From an uncultured bacterium (GTDB lineage Bacteria > GCA-001730085), in contig CAZMGY010000019.1 of assembly GCA_964565945.1 (NCBI GenBank), positions 30,001 to 62,000 on the forward strand: 32,000 bases of DNA. Reading direction: 5' to 3'. Positions 8,392 to 14,352 of the stretch are shown here, one piece after another (positions within the stretch are counted from its first letter, which is position 1; each line of letters begins with the position of its first letter). Under the pieces are notes generated by a model that ran no database searches, was not told the origin of the DNA, and saw only the letters and a list, made by a program, of their open reading frames with translations. A program made the position numbers and the translations under genes.

Positions 8392-8667
8392 ATAATATTT
8401 AATTTAGCCTACATTTGCCTTCTTTCATGACCTTTCAGCAGATTTTTTTATGATTCTTATAAGCAAAAGATTTTGGCGATTCACCAGAAAATATCTAAAA
8501 AGGATTATTTATCTTAATTGGAACTGGAATAGAGACATGTGTTCGCGCGATTTGTGCTTGAATGCACAGGTTCTGCTTGATGTGTTTGACACGCTTGGGC
8601 AATACACTTAGTTGGGTCAATCTAGTTTAAGACTTAGAAAAGAATAGTGAGATGGAAAAGAGGTGGA

Positions 8668-8697
8668 TTGACAGTAGAAAAAAGTGTGTGATACTAT
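8668..8697 (+). promoter_or_regulatory. candidate sigma70 promoter (extended -10) for the lipoprotein pair
   Basis: TTGACA (8668-8673), 18-nt spacer, TGaTACTAT with -10 at 8692-8697, about 30 nt upstream of ATG 8728. Confidence 0.45.
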
Positions 8698-8727
8698 GAC
8701 CCTGTAGGGATTTTGGGGATTTAAACC

Positions 8728-8868
8728 ATGTTTAAAAAAGTGATATGTGCGAGTGTTTTTGTGTCTTCAGTGATTTGGGGGACAGGGTGTTCGGCGAAGC
8801 AAAATATGGTTTCGGAGTCCTTTCGTAAAATGGGTGAAGATATTTCTTGGTATTTTTCTAATGAGTAG
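8728..8868 (+). CDS. small putative lipoprotein (46 aa), below the ORF-track size cutoff
   Basis: MFKKVICASVFVSSVIWGTGCSAK... has a signal-peptide-like N-terminus ending in a Cys lipobox. It lies just downstream of a strong promoter-like site and upstream of the OmpA-like lipoprotein gene. Confidence 0.4.
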   Translation: MFKKVICASVFVSSVIWGTGCSAKQNMVSESFRKMGEDISWYFSNE

Positions 8869-8894
8869 CGATAATCGTTTTGAGGATGAGATTT

Positions 8895-9593
8895 ATGAAA
8901 AAATATATGAGGGCACTAACCGTACTTATGCCTTTGATGGTTATGGGGTGTTCAACAAATCGTTTAGGTGATCTTAAAAAGTCTCAGTACATTGAGCATT
9001 TGTCCAATCAGGGCGAAGAGATTATGGAGCAAATTGACCAAGTCTTATCCGAAAAAGAGCGTGCTGCTTTAGCTCTCAAGAAACAACTATTGGCCTTGCA
9101 GTCGCGTATCAAACAAAAGTATGGTGAGCATAACATTCGCATGAAACAAATTAAAGAGGGTTGGCAAGTAACCATTTTGGATCAAATCTTGTTTAATCCG
9201 GGCAGTGACCAGGTTAATTCTTTAGGTAGGAAAGTTTTGGAAAAAGTGGCTGATGTTGTCAAAACTACGCACAAAAAGATTCAGATCTCTGGTCACACCG
9301 ACAATGTTCCCGTTCAGAAAAGTAAGTATAAATACAAAAATAATTGGGATCTTTCGGTCAAACGTGCGCTATCTGTAGTGCATCTGTTTGAAGGTAAAGG
9401 TGTTGAGCCCAACAAAATATTTGCTGTTGGTTTTGGGGAGCATCGTCCGATAAGCTCGAATGCTACTGAAAAAGGACGTCACCAGAATCGCCGTGTTGAG
9501 ATTCTTATTTTGAATGAACTTGAGCGCATTAACTGGGCTGAAACTCCGAAACGAGCTCGAAAAGCCAAATCCAAAAAGTCTTACATCAAATAA
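8895..9593 (+). CDS. OmpA/MotB-family peptidoglycan-binding lipoprotein
   Basis: ATG 8895 (MKKYMRALTVLMPLMVMGCSTN lipobox) with GAGGA SD 8 nt upstream. C-terminal OmpA_C signature ISGHTDNVP...NWDLSVKRA...NRRVEILI. The ORF-track TTG at 8880 is probably too far upstream. Confidence 0.8.
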   Translation: MKKYMRALTVLMPLMVMGCSTNRLGDLKKSQYIEHLSNQGEEIMEQIDQVLSEKERAALALKKQLLALQSRIKQKYGEHNIRMKQIKEGWQVTILDQILFNPGSDQVNSLGRKVLEKVADVVKTTHKKIQISGHTDNVPVQKSKYKYKNNWDLSVKRALSVVHLFEGKGVEPNKIFAVGFGEHRPISSNATEKGRHQNRRVEILILNELERINWAETPKRARKAKSKKSYIK

Positions 9594-9696
9594 GTGGTTT
9601 TTTTCACGGCTTTCTTTATGTGTTAGTCTGGGTTTTTTTGCCGTGCATCGTGTCTGGTGCTATGGAATATAGGAGTTCTAGAAAGTGAGCCAAAAC

Positions 9697-9725
9697 TTGA
9701 CATCTGGTTGAAGCCTATATATACT
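9697..9725 (+). promoter_or_regulatory. candidate sigma70 promoter of the sulfur operon
   Basis: TTGACA (9697-9702), 17-nt spacer, TATACT (9720-9725). Confidence 0.5.
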
Positions 9726-9726
9726 A

Positions 9727-9759
9727 CATACTTAATTAAATTACTAGGGATTAAGTATG
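9727..9759. promoter_or_regulatory. perfect 10-bp inverted repeat (candidate operator or start-codon-sequestering hairpin)
   Basis: CATACTTAAT (9727-9736), 13 nt, ATTAAGTATG (9750-9759). The right arm contains the rrf2 ATG (9757-9759), and the repeat starts 1 nt after the -10 hexamer. Confidence 0.4.
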
Positions 9760-10188
9760 AGATTGTCAGCCAAAATTGAATATTCGCTTAAAGCTATCAT
9801 GGCTTTGGCTCAGCTGTATGCTTCACAGAAACCTTTGAGTATGTCGAAAATTGCTGAGAAGCAAGGAGTTTCGAGTAAATTTTTGCTGCAATTAATGATA
9901 CGCATGAAGAATGCTAAAATAGTGACCAGTGTGCGTGGGGCGTCTGGGGGATATTATTTGCTCAAATCACCAGCCGAAATTTCGGTGGGAGAGGTGGTGG
10001 AGGCTGTTGACAGCACCGTGACAACCACGAGTTTGAAGCAAGAGCATTCGTTAAATATCGAAGAGAACGCCATCGTTCATTTTTGGGATAGGCTTAATGA
10101 AGGTGTTAAGGTTTGTTTAGAGCAGACGACGATTGAAGATCTGTTAAAAGATACTCAACAACAGGGCGTTTTGGTTTACTCTATTTAG
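9757..10188 (+). CDS. Rrf2-family transcriptional regulator, cluster-less (CymR-like)
   Basis: MRLSAKIEYSLKAIMALA... winged-helix N-terminus and RGASGGYYL motif. The three-Cys Fe-S ligand segment of IscR/NsrR is absent (only one Cys in the protein). Confidence 0.85.
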   Translation: MRLSAKIEYSLKAIMALAQLYASQKPLSMSKIAEKQGVSSKFLLQLMIRMKNAKIVTSVRGASGGYYLLKSPAEISVGEVVEAVDSTVTTTSLKQEHSLNIEENAIVHFWDRLNEGVKVCLEQTTIEDLLKDTQQQGVLVYSI

Positions 10189-10225
10189 TTTTGAGGGCAT
10201 TTTTTAGAAAGCGAGCAAAGTTTGT

Positions 10226-10444
10226 ATGGATTCGCGTAAGAAATCAATTGCTAAGACATTGACTTGGCGAGTAATTGCTATATTTATTACAATGATAGCT
10301 GTTTATATCTACAACAAAAATATTAAGGAGTCAGTTGTAGTTAGCTTAATGGCGAATAGTGTGAAGATGGTTTTGTATTATTTGCATGAACGCGTGTGGA
10401 ACAATGTGGGATTTGGTCGTAAACGTCCAGACTATGAGATTTAA
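10226..10444 (+). CDS. DUF2061 small membrane protein
   Basis: 72 aa. KTLTWRVIAIFITMIAVYIY... and YYLHERVWN match the DUF2061 pattern as I recall it. Confidence 0.6.
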   Translation: MDSRKKSIAKTLTWRVIAIFITMIAVYIYNKNIKESVVVSLMANSVKMVLYYLHERVWNNVGFGRKRPDYEI

Positions 10445-10459
10445 GGAGGGCTTTAAGAT

Positions 10460-11380
10460 ATGGCTAAGATAGCACAAGATATGACCGAACTTGTTGGAGG
10501 GACACCTCTGGTACGATTGAATCGTTTGTCTGATGGTCATGCCACAGTTCTTGCGAAATTGGAGTTTTTTAATCCTGCAGGGTCTGTGAAAGATCGTATT
10601 GGCTTTTATATGTTGCGTGTCGCTGCCGACGAAGGTTTGATCAGAGAAGGTTCATTGATTGTTGAACCGACAAGTGGTAACACAGGCATTGCTTTAGCGT
10701 GGGTGGCGGCAGTCAAAGGTTATCGTCTGATTTTAACGATGCCAGAATCGATGAGTCGCGAGCGTGTGGCTATGTTGGAGGCCTTAGGTGCGGAAGTGCG
10801 ACTAACGCCAGCCCACTTGGGCATGTCGGGAGCGATTGAAGAGGCTCAAGAGATTTTGAAGGATAATCCTGGAGCTTTTATGCCTCAGCAGTTTAGCAAT
10901 GCTAACAACCCAGACATTCATCGTAAAACCACTGCCGAAGAGGTGTGGAACGATACGGATGGTGAGGTAGACATTTTTGTGGCAGGTGTTGGAACCGGAG
11001 GAACGATTACGGGTGTGGGTGAGGTTCTTAAGGATCGTAAGTCCGATGTGAAAATTGTGGCAGTGGAGCCAGATGATTCCCCTGTGTTGTCTGGTGGAGA
11101 ACCTGGACCGCATATAATTCAAGGGATTGGCGCTGGTTTTGTTCCAGATAACCTTAATCGTGACATACTTGATCAGATATTTCGTGTGACGAATGAGCAG
11201 GCCAAAGAGACGGTGGTCGCTTTGGCACGCAAAGAAGGTATTTTTTCTGGGATTTCGAGTGGAGCCAATGTGTATGCAGCTTTGCAGTTGGCGCAGCTAC
11301 CAGAGAATAAAGGCAAGACAATTGTTGTGATTGTGTGCGACTTAGGGGATCGTTACTTGAGTACTCAAGTATTTGAGTAA
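10460..11380 (+). CDS. cysK: cysteine synthase A (O-acetylserine sulfhydrylase)
   Basis: [11 protein letters not shown] (PLP Lys), [21 protein letters not shown]. Confidence 0.92.
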   Translation: MAKIAQDMTELVGGTPLVRLNRLSDGHATVLAKLEFFNPAGSVKDRIGFYMLRVAADEGLIREGSLIVEPTSGNTGIALAWVAAVKGYRLILTMPESMSRERVAMLEALGAEVRLTPAHLGMSGAIEEAQEILKDNPGAFMPQQFSNANNPDIHRKTTAEEVWNDTDGEVDIFVAGVGTGGTITGVGEVLKDRKSDVKIVAVEPDDSPVLSGGEPGPHIIQGIGAGFVPDNLNRDILDQIFRVTNEQAKETVVALARKEGIFSGISSGANVYAALQLAQLPENKGKTIVVIVCDLGDRYLSTQVFE

Positions 11381-11401
11381 TCTAACTAAGAGGAGAACGC
11401 A

Positions 11402-11617
11402 ATGGACATATCGATCAATGGCAAGACAAAGAGTTTTGAAGAAGCAAGTTTGACAGTGACCGAATTATTTGAAAAAGAGAACGTCCAAATGCCTGAAATG
11501 GTGTCCCTTGAAGTCAACGGGGAATTTTTGGATCGAGAGGCTTTTGAGGCCACCATTGTGAAGGATGGGGATAAAGTCGAGTTTTTGTATTTTATGGGTG
11601 GCGGGAATCTAAAGTAA
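11402..11617 (+). CDS. ThiS/MoaD-like ubiquitin-fold sulfur carrier protein with masked C-terminus (HcyS/CysO-like)
   Basis: 71 aa. The pattern MDISINGK...LEVNGEFLDRE...VKDGDKVEFLYFMGGG is typical of ThiS. The diglycine is followed by the extra residues NLK. AGGAG SD upstream. Confidence 0.75.
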   Translation: MDISINGKTKSFEEASLTVTELFEKENVQMPEMVSLEVNGEFLDREAFEATIVKDGDKVEFLYFMGGGNLK

Positions 11618-11635
11618 ATGAAAGAAGTTCGATAT

Positions 11636-11664
11636 GGATCTCGCGAGCAAGTCGCGAGATGACG
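11636..11664 (+). repeat. GC-rich palindromic element, copy a
   Basis: GGATCTCGCGAGCAAGTCGCGAGATGACG. 9-bp stem ATCTCGCGA/TCGCGAGAT with a 5-nt loop. Lies in the carrier-metY spacer. Confidence 0.8.
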
Positions 11665-11746
11665 CAAGGCAGGACATTAAGTTGATGGACAAGCAACAAA
11701 GTTGATCCTGCTTACGAAGTGGAAGGGCTATGAGGAGAAAAGAATC

Positions 11747-12991
11747 ATGTCGGATTATAATTTTCAAACACAACAAATTCACGCGCCAGTCGATCAACGC
11801 AAACGCTCAGGGGAAACAACATCAGGTCCTGCGCAGTCATCAGCTTTTGAGCATGAACTAGCCGAGGATATTCAGGCCGTTTTTGGCCAGCATCAATTTG
11901 GTTATATTTATTCCCGAATTGCCAATCCTACGGTGAATCAGCTTGAGCAAAGAATCACTGCTTTGGAAGATGGTATTGGAACGGTGGCCACATCGTCGGG
12001 AATGGCGGCTGTTAGTAGTGCTCTGATCAATATTCTGCAAACGGGTGATGAATTTATTTCGGGTAATAGTTTGTTTGGAGGGTGTTTTTCTTTGTTCACA
12101 CAGGTGTTTCCTCGCATGGGTATCACTCCTGTATTTGTGGAAGCTTCGGATGTGGATGCGTATGCGGTTGCCATTACACCCAAGACCAAAGCTCTTTTTT
12201 TTGAAGTGATTGGGAATCCTAAAATTGATGTGCCAAATGTGAAGGCGATTGCAGGGGTGGCACATGCTCACGGTCTTCCGTTAATTTTAGATAACACAGT
12301 GGCGACGCCATGGTTGTTTAAGGCTAAGGATTTTGGAGCTGATATTATTGTTCATTCGACCTCCAAATATATTAACGGACATGGTAATGCCATTGGTGGT
12401 TCGATCACCGATTGTGGCACATTTTCTTTTGAAGGTGAAAAGTTTGCCGAGTTTGAACCTTTTTACAAAAAGTTTCGTCACTTAGCCTTTTTGGCTAAGT
12501 TGCGCAAGCAAATAGTGATCAATATGGGGCCTTGTCAGTCGCCTCAAAATGCATTTTTGCAACTGGCGGGCTTGGAAACCTTATCGTTGCGCATGAAGCA
12601 ACATTCGGACAATGCTTTGGCATTGGCTCAGTTTTTGGAAAGCCATAACAAAGTGACTAAGGTAAATTACGTTGGTTTAACTTCTAGCCCGTGGCATGAG
12701 ATCGCTAAAGTGCAATTTCAAGAACACTTTAGTGGCTTACTTAGTTTTGAGCTTAAAGATCGTGAAACGGCTTTTCAGGTGATCAATCATCGCAGTTTTG
12801 CACGTAATTTGCCGAATATTGGCGATGCCAAAACGCTTATGGTTCATCCTGATACAACGATTTATCACGATTATTCAGATGAGGATAAAGCGTCTTTAGG
12901 TGTGACTCCAGGTTTAATCCGTTTGTCGGTGGGATTGGAATCAACTAATGACATTATTGACGATTTGGATAAAGCTTTGCAAAAAGCTTAG
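11747..12991 (+). CDS. metY: O-acetylhomoserine sulfhydrylase
   Basis: ATG 11747 (MSDYNFQTQQIHA) with GAGGAG SD. HSTSKYINGHG carries the PLP lysine of the Cys/Met-metabolism PLP family, with MetY-type length. The ORF-track TTG at 11702 is an upstream extension. Confidence 0.9.
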   Translation: MSDYNFQTQQIHAPVDQRKRSGETTSGPAQSSAFEHELAEDIQAVFGQHQFGYIYSRIANPTVNQLEQRITALEDGIGTVATSSGMAAVSSALINILQTGDEFISGNSLFGGCFSLFTQVFPRMGITPVFVEASDVDAYAVAITPKTKALFFEVIGNPKIDVPNVKAIAGVAHAHGLPLILDNTVATPWLFKAKDFGADIIVHSTSKYINGHGNAIGGSITDCGTFSFEGEKFAEFEPFYKKFRHLAFLAKLRKQIVINMGPCQSPQNAFLQLAGLETLSLRMKQHSDNALALAQFLESHNKVTKVNYVGLTSSPWHEIAKVQFQEHFSGLLSFELKDRETAFQVINHRSFARNLPNIGDAKTLMVHPDTTIYHDYSDEDKASLGVTPGLIRLSVGLESTNDIIDDLDKALQKA

Positions 12992-13005
12992 ATTTTACAT
13001 TGATT

Positions 13006-13034
13006 GGATCCCGCGATCAGGTCGCGGGATGACG
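13006..13034 (+). repeat. GC-rich palindromic element, copy b
   Basis: GGATCCCGCGATCAGGTCGCGGGATGACG. 9-bp stem ATCCCGCGA/TCGCGGGAT. Starts 15 nt after the metY stop. Confidence 0.8.
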
Positions 13035-13058
13035 AGAAAAAATTGCGGGAGATAGATT

Positions 13059-13088
13059 CCGTCATTCTGCGGCTTGATCAGAGAATCT
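13059..13088 (-). repeat. GC-rich palindromic element, copy c (degenerate, inverted orientation)
   Basis: The reverse complement AGATTCTCTGATCAAGCCGCAGAATGACGG aligns with copy b across GAT, GATCA, CGC and ATGACG. It forms a tail-to-tail pair with copy b. Confidence 0.6.
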
Positions 13089-13108
13089 AGTGAAAAGGAA
13101 GAAAAATA

Positions 13109-13912
13109 ATGGACTTGAACGAAGAACAAATTGAACGATATTCGCGACATATTCTTTTGCAAGGCATTGGCTTGGAAGGTCAAATCAAATTAAATCAAGG
13201 GAAAGTCTTGGTGATTGGCGTTGGTGGCTTAGGCGCGCCTATTGCGATGTATTTGGCTGCTGCGGGTGTCGGAACCATTGCTTTGGTCGATGATGATGTG
13301 GTTGAAATTTCTAATTTGCAACGTCAAATTATTCACTTCACGAAGGATATCAAGGTTCCTAAGGTTGATTCGGCGGAAGAGAAAATGGTGGCCATGAATC
13401 CCGATATCAAGGTGGTTAAAATTCATGAATTTGTTAACGCCAGAAATATTCGCGATATTATTCGAGATTGGGACTTTGTGATAGATGGCACAGATACGTT
13501 TGGGATTAAGTTTTTGGTGAATGATGCTTGTGTGATGGAGAAAAAGCCTTTTTCGCATGGAGGGATATTGCGTTTCGATGGTCAAACGATGACCATTAAG
13601 CCACATGAGTCGGCATGTTATCGTTGTGTTTTCTTGCAGCCTCCGCCAGTTAATGCTGTTCCAAGTTGCTCGCAAGCTGGTGTATTGGGAGCCATTGTTG
13701 GCATGTTGGGAACGATTCAAGCGACAGAAGCTTTGAAGTTTTTAACTGAGGTTGGTGATTTGTTGGAAAATAGGCTGTTAAGTTTTAATGCTAAAACGAT
13801 GCGTTTTCGTGAAGTGAATTTTAAGAAAAACCCAAAATGTGGTGTGTGTGGAGATAGTCCAACCATCACTAAATTGAAAGATGCTCCTGCAGTGGTTTGT
13901 GATTTGAAATAG
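13109..13912 (+). CDS. ThiF/MoeB/HesA-family E1-like adenylyltransferase (HcyF/MoeZ-like, no rhodanese domain)
   Basis: RYSRHILL, GVGGLGAP nucleotide loop, CYRC...CGVC zinc site, PSCSQAGVLG. Confidence 0.85.
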   Translation: MDLNEEQIERYSRHILLQGIGLEGQIKLNQGKVLVIGVGGLGAPIAMYLAAAGVGTIALVDDDVVEISNLQRQIIHFTKDIKVPKVDSAEEKMVAMNPDIKVVKIHEFVNARNIRDIIRDWDFVIDGTDTFGIKFLVNDACVMEKKPFSHGGILRFDGQTMTIKPHESACYRCVFLQPPPVNAVPSCSQAGVLGAIVGMLGTIQATEALKFLTEVGDLLENRLLSFNAKTMRFREVNFKKNPKCGVCGDSPTITKLKDAPAVVCDLK

Positions 13913-13943
13913 TAAGTTATTGCTAAGATGGCATGAGGTGGAC

Positions 13944-14339
13944 ATGAAGATTAAAAAAGACATTATAGAGAAGATGTTTGCTCAAGCTAAACAAGGCTTG
14001 CCTAATGAGGTTTGTGGTTTTTTAGCTGGGGAAAAGGGTGAAGTGACTAAGCACTACGAGTTAACCAATGTGGATGCATCGCCAGAGCATTTCACTATGG
14101 ATCCTAAAGAGCAGTTTGTGGCGGTGAAGGATATTCGCAACGAGGGCCTAACGCTGATGGCGTGTTATCACAGTCATCCCGAAACACCTGCCCGTCCATC
14201 GGATGAAGATATACGTTTAGCCTACGATCCCAACCTCAGTTATGTGATTATGTCCCTTAAGGATGGACAAAAAAATGTGAAATCTTTTCGTATTCAAGAT
14301 ATGAATGTCGAGCATGAAAAATTAGAAGTAACTGAATAA
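13944..14339 (+). CDS. JAMM/MPN+ metalloprotease (HcyD/Mec/QbsD-like)
   Basis: NEVCGFL (Glu) plus HSHPETPARPSDED, which is the JAMM motif HxHx7Sx2D (14169-14204). ATG 13944 is preferred over the ORF-track TTG at 13920. Confidence 0.85.
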   Translation: MKIKKDIIEKMFAQAKQGLPNEVCGFLAGEKGEVTKHYELTNVDASPEHFTMDPKEQFVAVKDIRNEGLTLMACYHSHPETPARPSDEDIRLAYDPNLSYVIMSLKDGQKNVKSFRIQDMNVEHEKLEVTE

Positions 14340-14352
14340 AGGAGCTTGGATA

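Noticed and set aside
8450-8611. 53-aa + strand ORF (MILISKRFWRFTRKYLKRIIYLNWNWNRDM...) in the 336-nt spacer after the glycosyltransferase gene.
   Set aside because: It has no Shine-Dalgarno sequence, no recognisable motif and an odd basic, W-rich composition. I cannot support it as coding. It remains possible that the spacer holds a small RNA, but I saw no convincing structure.
9594-9660. CACGGC...GCCGTG pairing after the OmpA-like gene, considered as a terminator.
   Set aside because: The stem is only 6 bp with a ~29-nt loop and has no proper trailing U-run after the 3' arm. This is not convincing.
12995-13183. 62-aa minus-strand ORF in the metY-E1 spacer, ending ...VIPRPDRGIQSM.
   Set aside because: Its C-terminal part is simply the translation of palindromic repeat copies b and c, and its N-terminal part is antisense to the E1 start. 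It is an artefact of the repeats, not a gene.
13229-13720. 163-aa minus-strand ORF. Similar long antisense ORFs occur at 28160-28627, 20303-20749, 11858-12271, 24562-24951 and 18262-18639.
   Set aside because: Each lies fully antisense to a + strand gene with unmistakable family motifs (ThiF-like, fabH, mnmA, metY, ahcY, cysD/cysN). Their translations are low-complexity with no recognisable motifs. They are best explained as shadow ORFs.
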